From: Ginkgo biloba
Lineage: Eukaryota > Plantae > Ginkgophyta
Direction of reading: 5' to 3'
NCBI GenBank assembly: GCA_024626585.2
Contig: JANKJI020000002.1
Span: forward strand, 160,273,795 to 160,293,902
DNA: 20,108 bases
In this document: piece after piece, positions 1 through 10,582 of the stretch
Position numbering within the stretch: position 1 is the stretch's first letter
Layout of the letters: every line of letters starts with the position of its first letter
Program-made: the position numbers and the translations under genes
Notes under the pieces: model-generated
Databases searched by the model: none
Seen by the model: the letters and a program-made list of their open reading frames with translations, nothing else
What the model was told of the DNA's origin: nothing

Positions 1-1654
1 AATTATTATGTTAATGTGAATGGCTGAATTCACCCCCAAGGATAATACCAAACTAACTTTTTTGCTTCTCTTTTCTGTCAATTTCCACCATTGTTTGCTT
101 ATAGAGACAATAGAAGTGGAAGCCTCTTTTTGTATTACCTGGAAAAGCTGAGAATGACCTTGTGGACCCTTTATTAATTTCTTCTTGATCCATTGAGATG
201 CCTTGGTGTGTTCCCCATTTTTTGCTATTTATGGTCCTGAGATTGGCTAGGCAGAGCTTTGAATCCACTGGTGTACGAGAGAAGTCAATGCTCTACTCTG
301 CTCATCATTAAATTTATATGTATAGTTCTCCTTTTCTTTGATGTGGAAAGGATTCAATTTAAACCAATTTTCGCACAGTAGACTATGGTTTTACCAAAAA
401 GATTCTGTAAAGAAAGCTTAGAATGAAAAAAGGCTTTGCCACCGCAAAGTTCTTACAAAAACAACCTGAATCCTGACAAGATTGTCCCTTATTAATTGAT
501 CAAATTTGTTTTCCATTGGCAGGATACACACTCTGATACTACTTGGAATGGTAGTTCTCAGAGAATTTAAACTGAGCTCAAGAGAAGCACAGTAGAAATA
601 ATAGAGCAGTGGTTGCAGGAACTACGAAAATGCAGGGCCTTAACTCATTAAATCAGGTAAATTCAATATAAGGCACTCAGATTGCATCTGTTTATGTTTA
701 GGTGATCATACACAGTCACATTAATATCCTCAAANNNNNNNNNNNNNNNNNNNNNNNNNNNNNNNNNNNNNNNNNNNNNNNNNNNNNNNNNNNNNNNNNN
801 NNNNNNNNNNNNNNNNTGAAACAGTATTCATTGCTGAATAATCTACCATTATTGCGTATAGAACAGATTGACAATCATTTCAAATGTATCTAAATATGGC
901 AGTTCACTAAATGGACTTTTGCATACCAGTTGTTCATGCATCCAAGGAAACATGAGCATTGCTATGACAGTATGAAGTTTAAGCATATGCAGCTCTACAT
1001 TATTCAGTATTGGAGTCTATGTAGATAAATGATCTAGTGGTTCCACAGCAAGTTCATCTTAGAGTAGTCACTAGTTCAGTTCACATGGAATAACCAGGAT
1101 GTACCTGTTTGGGAAACTAGGCTCTCTATTACCTTGAATTCAGACCATGATCTAAGTTATAATTTTTCATTGTAAGCTTTACAAAGTGCATCCTGAAAAG
1201 CATGAGAACTGCTAAGACATGGAACACATTATTCAATATGGCAAGCATAGGAAATGTTTATCTGGCATGCTTCAAGACACCCAAATGCAACAAAACCTAG
1301 CTATTTGTGTACCAGCCAAGCCACACGATGCTCAGCCATGACAGCATTTGAAGGTATCAATGTTGTGTAAAATGCCAGTGTCATAACAGGAGAATTTTCT
1401 CTCTTCCCTTATTAACATCCTTGGTATGTATGGACAGAGTGACTTCCAAGAAAATCTAGTAACTTTAATATCTGGAGTCCACACTGTAGCCAATGATAGA
1501 AGAGTTGTCAAGGTAATTCAATCACACGTATAACTTGCTCAAAGACAAGATGATCCGTGTTTTGGCCCCTTCAAAGTTAGCTGCAAGGTCTAAAATCACA
1601 AGTGTTCTCATCATGTCTCTGCCTATTTATGGGAATTTGGTAATTGTTTTCAAA

Positions 1655-1988
1655 ACCTTGTATAAATATGTAGCTGAGTATACCAAGAGGTGTGATGAGT
1701 GCCAATGAGTCATAAGACTAACGAAGAGGGGTGAAATGCCTCTTCAGCCAGTCTTACCTAGATCCCCATTTGAGAAATGGGTAATAGACTTCGTCAGGCC
1801 ATTTTCTGTCCAAGCCCGACGAACACAGGCGCAGTATATCATCACAGCGACCGACTACAACACCAAATGGGCGGAGGCAGCTCCTGTAAAGGATTGCACA
1901 GCTAAAACAACTGCCAAATTTTTGTATGAAAATATAATCACTCGATTTGGATGCCCACTCCAGATCGTCAGTGACCAAGGAACTCATT
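1655..1988 (+). mobile_element. Ty3/gypsy (non-chromovirus, Athila/Tat-like) integrase fragment, degenerate
   Basis: In-frame TLYKYVAEYTKRCDECQ*VIRLTKRGEMPLQPVLPRSPFEKWVIDFVRPF...YIITATDYNTKWAEA...FLYENIITRFGCPLQIVSDQGTH. This contains the CxxC of the zinc finger and the first two catalytic Asp of the rve core (IDF, SDQG). There is a premature TGA at 1706-1708, and the fragment runs into a gap. Confidence 0.92.
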
Positions 1989-2347
1989 NNNNNNNNNNNN
2001 NNNNNNNNNNNNNNNNNNNNNNNNNNNNNNNNNNNNNNNNNNNNNNNNNNNNNNNNNNNNNNNNNNNNNNNNNNNNNNNNNNNNNNNNGTACCTTGTGCT
2101 GCACAGTGTACCCTATGTTAATTTCTTCTGTAGTCTCTTGATTAGGTAAAACAGTTAGCCTACGTGTAAACTCGCCAAGATATTGGGACCCCAGTTTCCA
2201 CAGGTGGGTAGCCAACCATAGGAATTGGATACTTCTTTTGTTTAGCAACTAACTACACAAACACACTAGCTCTACACTAGGCAGCATCTATGCTATTCTT
2301 AAACTGCCTGACCATGCATCAAACTAATGCAAAGAAAACAAAAGAAC

Positions 2348-2426
2348 CTTGAAGCATGTTGATTGATTCTTGTCCCTGGTGCAAGTGAGCGAGTTCAAGA
2401 AGCACTCCACCCCATCTTATCAAATT
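2348..2426 (-). CDS. TOM20: Internal coding exon (probably exon 2) of plant mitochondrial import receptor subunit TOM20
   Basis: Minus strand reads tctatcttttctttttccag|AATTTGATAAGATGG...ATGCTTCAAG|gttctt, i.e. a polypyrimidine tract with AG acceptor and a GT donor. The 79 nt translate without stops as NLIRWGGVLLELAHLHQGQESINMLQ plus one base, matching the plant TOM20 motif NLTRWGG(A/V)LLEL. No other canonical TOM20 exon was recognised in the window. Confidence 0.9.
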
Positions 2427-3294
2427 CTGGAAAAAGAAAAGATAGAAACACATACATTAGAAACTAAATATCCAGTCTAATAACAAAAATCCAGACTAAC
2501 AGGAAAAATATAGTGTGTATAAAATGTCCTACTTGAAAAACAGATGCCAAGTATGAAATAAACAACTAATTAAACTGCACAGATAGGAATCAGTGCTTCA
2601 AACATAGGCAGAATAAATGAATTCTAAAAAGACTAACCAAATTCAGTGCTGAAGCTTGCCTGAGCTAGTTATCATCCATCAGATATGAATAAGAAACAGA
2701 AGTACTGTACATATATATTTTTGCTAATAATAAACAAGCATATGGCAGAATCATCTCCTTACATTTCTAGTGTTAAATAGCATGTGTTGCATGCATGGGT
2801 ATGTCCAAGCAACAAGCAATATACTTACCATATCCAAAGCAACAAGCAATATGTGTACCCTATAAGCCAGGAAAATGTCAATGACTGTGCCTAGTGGCAT
2901 TCTCAGAACTATAGAAGATTTTTCAACTACCTTGATCAGCATCTGATCTTGCCATGCAAAACCTGCCTGAAACCCTGCCAAGATTACCAGTGCCTATTGT
3001 TCTCAGAATCTAAACCTTTCTATCCAAAACCTTCCCGAAAACATTCTAAGATTAATGGTATACTGTCCAGGTAACGAGGCATAATATGTAAAAATGGATC
3101 CCTCAACTCTGAGACTTCACACTTGAATGCAACACCTAACCTTAATTATCTTTTTGGCTCCAACATTTTTTATGCCTTGATTCACAAATGTCTGNNNNNN
3201 NNNNNNNNNNNNNNNNNNNNNNNNNNNNNNNNNNNNNNNNNNNNNNNNNNNNNNNNNNNNNNNNNNNNNNNNNNNNNNNNNNNNNNNNNNNNNN

Positions 3295-3520
3295 ACATAT
3301 ACCTCTGTCGCCGACATGAGCCGGGAAATCCGACTCACATCGGTGACTGACTAATTCGACGGTGTCGGTCATTTCCTCTTCGTCGGTGTCTTCCGCCGAC
3401 ATTCGTCGGTGGGCTACCTTGTCGATGAGATTCCTCGTCGGTGAACTCCTCTTCGATGCTCCACCCCGTCGATGAACTTCTCGTTGGTTTCTACCTTATC
3501 CGACTTGCGTCAGATCCCGT
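3295..3520. repeat. GC-rich imperfect tandem repeat of GTCGGTG/GTCGATG units, probably TE-derived
   Basis: About 10 recurrences of (C/T)GTCG(G/A)TG-like words, mostly 15-20 nt apart, in a CpG-rich patch within AT-rich DNA. Confidence 0.55.
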
Positions 3521-3545
3521 CCAATAATGTCACATCATTATTTAT

Positions 3546-4153
3546 TGTTGTCAAATGAATCATATCATCAGTTTGCGTTATCAATCAAGGATAGATATCC
3601 TACAAACATATAGTTGTCATATTTTGCATGATAAGACAACTCATAAGATTTAATTTTCGCTTGAAGGAGGAAATGCCTCACTTTGGCTTCAATTTTTAGC
3701 CTAGTTGCAATCCCACATACCTCAAGGAACCCTAGAAGGTAATGCAAACCTACTTAGAGTGGATCGCCCCTCATTAGAGGTGATTTTGGTACTAATTCAT
3801 GGTTGATTTATAAAGGATTATGACTGCAAAAGCATCTATGGAGGACTCTAACCAATTTCATGCAAGGGCATCTCGACATTTGAGGTTTTCATCAATTAAG
3901 TCAACCTTAAACTAAATAGATAAGAGGGTTGTTACATTTAGTGAGATGGAGCTTCCAGGGTGTAGACGATTCAAGGAGGCTAGTCTCCTAAGAATGAATA
4001 GAAGTTCAAATAAATTATGAATGTATTTACAAATTGATAGATGAGTAATAATGGTACATATGGTTCGATATTTATATTATCCCTTCATGACTATAGCTTA
4101 AGGTCATGACTATTCATTAAGTAGTTAACAATATGCTAATTGGATTCATAACA
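3546..4153 (-). repeat. 3' LTR of the chromovirus (start at 4153 firm, distal end uncertain)
   Basis: TG start 2 nt after the PPT, followed by non-coding AT-rich sequence. The distal boundary is a guess at a CA end near 3546. Confidence 0.45.
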
Positions 4154-4155
4154 TG

Positions 4156-4167
4156 TCCCCCCTTCTT
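4156..4167 (-). other. Polypurine tract of the chromovirus
   Basis: Minus strand AAGAAGGGGGGA, then CA, then TGTTATG (LTR start), right after the chromodomain. Confidence 0.8.
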
Positions 4168-4507
4168 AACATGCTTTGCCCTTAAAGCAGAGGTAATGCA
4201 GGATATTAGGCTTGAAAAGATTCATTCTCCCAAGATGCTTCTTCAGTTGGTGGGTATTTCCATTGGATCAAATATCCAATAATTCACTTCATTTTGTAAA
4301 TTTTTGGATCATGTAGCTAATATTGCCTTGGGTTCCAATATCATTTTTCCTTCCTCACCAAGTATCAATAATTCTATTTGTATAGTGCAGTTGGTTCCTA
4401 GTTTCTTTTTAAGACATTCAACATGGAAAACGTCATGGAGTCATCCTTTGTTTATCATATCTAATGCATGTGCTATGTGTCAAATCCTTTATCTAACTTG
4501 GTGTGGA
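4168..4507 (-). mobile_element. Chromovirus (Ty3/gypsy) integrase C-terminus with chromodomain, degenerate
   Basis: Minus-strand translation gives LHDVFHVECLKKKLG...EEGKMILEPKAIL...(frameshift) YLIQWKYPPTEEASWENE, with several stops. It is followed directly by a PPT. Confidence 0.88.
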
Positions 4508-4607
4508 NNNNNNNNNNNNNNNNNNNNNNNNNNNNNNNNNNNNNNNNNNNNNNNNNNNNNNNNNNNNNNNNNNNNNNNNNNNNNNNNNNNNNNNNNNNNN
4601 NNNNNNN

Positions 4608-5854
4608 AGGAAGCTCTGTAGGAAGCCTAGACAACTGGGCTTGCTTCAACTATTCTTTCAATTGTTCCACTTTCTTCTTTAGGCCTTCATTCTTCTGGGG
4701 CAAGTGATCATTGGCCAGCCTCAGGGATGTTAAACATGCATCTAAGAGCATGGCAACATCTCCTTTGTACCTTTCTTCTTCAATTTGTTGGTTTGTCGGC
4801 TGTGAGGATGGACCTGTAGTTTCTTGGGCTAGTGGTCAAGAGTTGGAGTACGAGTCTTGGTAGATAAAACTAAGACAATTGAAGGCTAGAAAAATGGTTG
4901 AGCAGGTAGTTGGACTGGAGCAGAGGGTTCATCCTATTCTACTCCCATGACAATATATATTATTAGTTGAATAAGACCAGGGTGCAAGACTTCCTTATCC
5001 TACACCTTCTCCCATCTGGTTGATTTTTACTCTAAGCCCATATCTATTGACTCCCTTTTCTTCCAAGTAGTGAAAATTTTGAAATGAAGTGTATAGAGAT
5101 AGGTGCAGTGCTATCTCATGAAGACATACTTGGAAATGAGGAGAAATAGTTGGTCCCAAGGTGCAAGCACTAGTTTAACTAGAACCCTTATGCTCGTGTT
5201 CACTCCATCAGGAGGGTAGTTTGACTAAAACCTATTTGATAAATCTTTGAATTCCTAACGGGCTCATCTTTTGGTACAAGTTCTACCCTTAGTCCAAACT
5301 TTGGTTGCTCTTCCTCTCAGGACCTTTCCAATTGAAATCTATATTCCCCCTACCTTGGTCATCCTATTATCAAAATTATGAACAAACTCCATGACTTGGA
5401 AGTATTTGAATTGGTATGTATTATAATACAGTTAAAATGATTTCACACCTCTAAATAGTGCAGACAGAGCACGATTCCTACCCATAGTCTTCCTAGAGTT
5501 TAGTTCTTTTCTTACCGGAAAAGTTTTAGTGTAGATTGGTGGCTCAAGTTGTGACTCCTCTTTGACTACTGCAATGCCTAATTCTTCATGCTCTTCTTCT
5601 TGGAAGATTGTTGTTTTGTTTCTGGCTCTTCTGACTACAATTCTGACTCCTTCATCTTCAAATTTGCTCTGTTACTATCAATTGCTTATGTGAATTTTCT
5701 TAGCTCTGAATCAGTCTTTATTGCTCCCAAATTTCGCTCAATAACCATGCCTATGAATCGCAATTCCTTGAAATCAAATGACATTGTTGCTTGTACATGA
5801 AGCTAAGTTTAAACTAGAGATGTCAGGTGCATGTCCTCGTTGAGCTAAGTACTC
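4608..5854 (-). mobile_element. Degenerate probable accessory ORF of a non-chromovirus gypsy (Athila/Tat-like) element
   Basis: Broken minus-strand frames give QVMEFVHNFDNRMTKVGGI, LAPWDQLFLLISKY and KEVLHPGLIQLIIYI. These resemble, from recollection and unverified, extra-ORF proteins of gymnosperm gypsy elements. Many stops and frameshifts. Confidence 0.4.
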
Positions 5855-5954
5855 NNNNNNNNNNNNNNNNNNNNNNNNNNNNNNNNNNNNNNNNNNNNNN
5901 NNNNNNNNNNNNNNNNNNNNNNNNNNNNNNNNNNNNNNNNNNNNNNNNNNNNNN

Positions 5955-6895
5955 TTTTGTCAACAAAGAGTTCATCCTATCCAACCATATCATCCACTCT
6001 TAATTCTAATCTATTACCTTTCTTCCTTGGAAGAATCTTCATAGAAGGATTGGGTGGTAAGGTAGTGCACTATATCCACATTCCAAATATCATGATCTTG
6101 AATAAGAAATAATTGAGCATCTAGGAAAGAGGCCTATATGGGAATAATCAACTTCTTGATGGCTTCATTATTTACAACCAAATTAGTAAAGGCCTCATCC
6201 ATTTAATATCATTGATTCTCCTAAGTCACAATATTCAAATCAAACTCCTACAAAATAAGTATCAATTTGGAAATTTTCCCCTACAGGAATGCCTAATTCA
6301 AGAATTATTTTAAGGAACTTAGAGCCATAAACCACTTAAAGTGGTTACAGAGTAAATAACTTTACATGATTTTGGTAGCATATACTAAGGCTATCACTTC
6401 CTTCTATACTATTGAATATCGAGATTTAGGAGCTATGTATTTCCTTCTAGTATAATAAACTAGTTGATTTCTTCCCTATCCATCTAATTTAGTAATGACT
6501 ACACACATGGCCTCATCCCTATCATGAGTTATTAAGAAGAATCCTTTATACCAATATGGTGCTACCAAGACTAGGAAGTAATTTAATAACACCATTAACT
6601 TATCCAAATATTTATCTGTAAGATTTTATGTTATAAGTACATTCTATAGTACCTAAGGAAATAATACATGTTCTTTCCAAACTACTTGATTAGAAATCAC
6701 TATTAGTTTTTCATTTTGTGAGCTTACATCTTAAGAGAGCTCAAAAAACTTATCCTAGTGCCCATTATCGAGCTAGCATGAAGGTGCCTTGGCAATTAGC
6801 TATCCCGAGAGCCTTTTTAAGTAGATTTCAACTCCCTTATCTTGTACACAAAAGATCTTTGGGATTTTAATGTCCTATAATCTTATGTTGTGAAT
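5955..6895 (-). mobile_element. Ty3/gypsy pol fragment (RT C-terminus, RNase H, linker to integrase), non-chromovirus type, highly degenerate
   Basis: Minus-strand motifs in pol order: LVAPYWYKGF, YSSIE..VIALVYATK, YLLCNHFK, GKISKLILIL*EFDLNIV (compare RIARWILLLQEFD) and WNVDIVHYLTTQSF. Confidence 0.8.
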
Positions 6896-6905
6896 NNNNN
6901 NNNNN

Positions 6906-6927
6906 GCACGCACATGTCCTCCCTCTT
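6906..6927 (-). other. PPT and first bases of the 3' LTR of the second chromovirus
   Basis: Minus strand AAGAGGGAGGA-CA-TGTGCGTGC and then a 10-N gap. This is the same PPT-CA-TG layout as at 4147-4167. Confidence 0.72.
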
Positions 6928-7862
6928 GAGATACTTTGCTGTCAAAGCATTGATAGATTCTAATGGCATGCAACAAATGCTTTTGATTCCCATATAGCAT
7001 CTACCTCTAGTAGATTTTTCCATTTTTTGAGATACTCCTTGATTTGTTTCTTTCGCAAGTTTTTATCCATTCTTCCAATATCCCTTTAAGTTCTAGAATA
7101 CATTTACCTTCTTCATTGAGAATGGTCAATTGTTTTATTCAACTTTTTCTTGAGACATGATACATGCAAAATATTGTGGATATTTCCTTTCTTCACTATG
7201 TTGAGGGTGTACTTCTCCAATTTTCTTCCTTATTCAATGTGTTTCGTAGAACTGCAGGGTTGGTTTTTGTTTGTCTTTAATTTTTAGCAATGCTTGTTTG
7301 TATGGTTGGAGACTAACAAAGACCACACGAGATTTTAAACCTATGCAATGCTACTTACTTTCTTCCTAGTTGTGTTGCGGCTATCTATCAAAAGACAACC
7401 TATGTCATGTGCTTCTTGTTGAGTGTCTTTGACTACACGAGATTTTGTGTCAATGCATAAATAGTCCTTTATTATTGAAGGTGGAGATCTATACAATACC
7501 ATAAAGATTAGCATCTTTGTTAAAGTGTAGTATATTGTGTTGTACCAAAATTCTACTAGGTCATTTTACTCTCTTGTTTTGTTTGTCTATTGTGAAATTT
7601 CATAGATACCCCTCAAGACACTTACTAACTACCTTTGTCTGTATGTTTGTCAGTCAAGTGGTAAGAAGTGCTCATGTTAAATAAATTTTTGTACCATCCT
7701 AAGTTGCTCTTTCCAAAAGTTAATTGTAAACTTTGAGTTTCAATCACAAACTATTGTTTTTAGGATTTGATGTAGTCAATGGACTCCCTTCATGAAGACT
7801 TCTGATACTTGTGATGCTTTGTAAGATGTTTGAAATCAAATGAAATGAGCATATTTGGTTGA
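6928..7862 (-). mobile_element. Second chromovirus integrase (core to chromodomain), highly degenerate
   Basis: Minus-strand motifs in order: TKYAHFI, KFTINFWKE, NMSTSYH, VVSKCLEGYL, EFWYNT, VFVSLQPYKQ, HVSCLKKKL, NEEGKCILE, QIKEYLKKWKNLLEVDAIWES. Confidence 0.88.
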
Positions 7863-10198
7863 NNNNNNNNNNNNNNNNNNNNNNNNNNNNNNNNNNNNNN
7901 NNNNNNNNNNNNNNNNNNNNNNNNNNNNNNNNNNNNNNNNNNNNNNNNNNNNNNNNNNNNNNCCTGAATAGATAAATCAAAAATCAAGAAGGTTCAATGT
8001 AGCATGGGTAGTCAAGGGATATATAGGGTTGGTATTATAAGAGTGGTAAAAATTCTACTACATAGAGTAAGCAGATATATCTAGGTCCCAATTAAGTAGT
8101 AGAGTAGGGCTAGTCGATGGAAAAGAGTAGAGCAAAGGTATTAGAGGGGGGGAAACCTCATTCTATATGCCTGACAAGATAACTATTTCTTGTATGCCAT
8201 AATTCATATAAGGATCATCAAAATTGGCCACCTTATCACCTCATATTTTCCCCCAGAAGATAGTGCATAATTTGGAGCCAAAATTGGGGTTTCAACTAGC
8301 GGTGGCTAAATCAAAGGTATTTTTGCCTAATTTCATATATATATTTTTAAAATTATTATTGTGAAAAAATTTGATATCTTATAGTTAAGTGATGTTTGTT
8401 GGAGAGCTAGCACATGGGTCTATGGATTCAAGCTCATTAAGGGGATATGACCATGGGGAACTTGTTAAAGATTTTTTACCATTTTAGGGTTTTCTCTCAC
8501 TAACATCTCTTTCTTTTATTAGATTAGAGATAATTGTGTATAATAGATGTGCAAGGGCATGCTATTAATTAAGTAATTCTTATTATTGCATTAATCTATT
8601 ATCTATGAGGTTAGCATAGGTTGGTTATAGCATGCATGTGCATGTTCCCATTTTAATACCTAACTATATTTGCAAAGTTTACTCCTATATAATAACCTTG
8701 TGCCCTATGTTCTCATATCTTTGATCTTTGGAGACTTTTGGTCTTGAGATCTTGGTCATCATATCTCTATGTATTGCACACTTTGATTAATGCAAGCTCT
8801 TATTTTTTGTCCAATTTATTGTGTTAAGTTGTGTTTGATATCTTTGTCTTGAATCTTTGATTAGCTATATCTTACTTTCAAATCCTTTGGGCATATAGGT
8901 TTCATATTATATTATGTTTAACAATTGAATAGATTGGTATGTCAACATTGAAGGATAGGCAATAAAAAGTGGTGTAATCTTTAATCCAAGAATTACTTAA
9001 GTCAAAAGCTAGTATGTAATATATGAGCAGATGGGCATAGTCCTCTCTTAGAGGTAATCTGTCTACTGCAAATAATATAGTACTTAAAACCTATGGTTTT
9101 ACTGAGACATTATAGGGTGAAACTATAGGAATAAAATTGGTATCAACATACAAATTTTAAGAGTTTCATCATGAAATAAACAATCTACAAAATAGCAATC
9201 CCATTGTCTTGGACATGATTACCATTCATCCATCCTTTATTCATTATGTTGATTCACAAATCAAATGTTCTATATGATTTACAATTTTAGGTGTTAAATT
9301 AGACCGACATGGTTCTCATTTTAACCAATTATTGTGATTCATGTTTAAAAAATGCTCCAACACTATTTTTAATAAAAAATCATGCATCATTTCTTCCTAA
9401 TTTTGTTATAAGATTGGGAGAGGATGTAACAATCTTCATGAGGCTACATGTTTTTCTTTCTGTGTTTGGCAACTATTGAGTTCAAACATGTCCTTCCATA
9501 TGTCCTTTTTCGTACCTTACAAATAAAATGACTTTTTGACATTGTTGTAGGTTTTATGCATGCCTACATGTCATGTTTGGGGGGTGAAGTAAGACAATCT
9601 TGGAGAATCTTTTGTTATAGAGAGGGAATTTGGACTGTAATGTAGATCATGTCTTTATAGAAAAGTGTGTTGTTGTTTAAGATCCACTTTGAATCTTAAG
9701 GCTTATGCTTAATATTGTTAATGAGTTTCATTATCTTTGAGTGTTGTTGATATTCCTACTCCCATTATTACAAGCTAGGAAGGTCGAGCAAATTTTATCT
9801 TGGTAAGTGTGAGAAGGCCTGAGTTATCTTTAGAGGCTAGTGCATGTATGTTGNNNNNNNNNNNNNNNNNNNNNNNNNNNNNNNNNNNNNNNNNNNNNNN
9901 NNNNNNNNNNNNNNNNNNNNNNNNNNNNNATGGAGTAATTTTCGATAGATGAGGGCCACAAAGGACTTCTTAGGGCATGGGACAACGCTAAGGTTAAGCT
10001 TAGCTCTTATGTGGTGGATTGTGCCCAACATTTGGCATAACTAGGGCTTTGTTTAAGTTTAAGCAACCCCTAAGACATCACACGATTCCTCTCTGCAAGG
10101 CATTCTCCCTCTTATCTATTTTCTACGTTTTGGCTCTAGAACTTTACCCATAGAAGTTGTCATTTTTCTATTGTTGCTAGAGTCGGGCCATTAGCATT

Positions 10199-10582
10199 AT
10201 GGCGACTTACAGTGCATATCTTGATTGCCTAATTGCTCATATCTCTTCCTTGGAGAAGGCAACCTCATTGGAGATGTTTACTTGGAGTTTTGTAGCATTT
10301 TTGAACCCAAAGAATCCCGGAAACAAGTCGCAGGCCTTCCTTAGTACCCAACGACTAGTTTTTACAAGTGGATTACGTCCTATTTGGCCTCTTAAGCAAG
10401 TTGTTGCACTTGGACAAGAAAGATAGAGACATTTGCACCAAGAAGTGATTTTGGATTATCAACCTTGACAATTTGTACAGGTAAGTTTTTATTTCTATAA
10501 GTATTCTTTGAATTGTAGCATTGTTGTTATTTCTCAAATACATAAATTAATGTTGTTTTTTTTTTTTTTTTATAGAATGATA
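10199..10582 (+). pseudogene. Degenerate intron-containing gene fragment of unknown identity, possibly transposon-borne
   Basis: ATG at 10199 opens 75 codons to TAG. The frame continues through a further stop to a consensus donor CAG|GTAAGT (10480/10481), a 95-nt T-rich intron and a poly-T-ATAG acceptor at 10575. Confidence 0.4.

Noticed and set aside
3546-3557. TGTTGTCAAATG shared with 10867-10878 as possible element termini
   Set aside because: The 12-mer is in direct orientation on different contigs with no flanking similarity, consistent with chance.
4304-4621. Plus-strand 105-aa ORF
   Set aside because: It is the antisense shadow of the chromovirus integrase and spans a gap.
1655-7862. 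A single gypsy element assembled from all the pol fragments
   Set aside because: Strands, lineages, domain order and decay levels are incompatible, and the fragments lie on separate contigs.
7963-9853. Possible LTR (about 8000-8923) and decayed coding DNA after it
   Set aside because: It has an LTR-like composition and an ...AACA end, but no partner copy, PBS, PPT, TSD or convincing protein motif.
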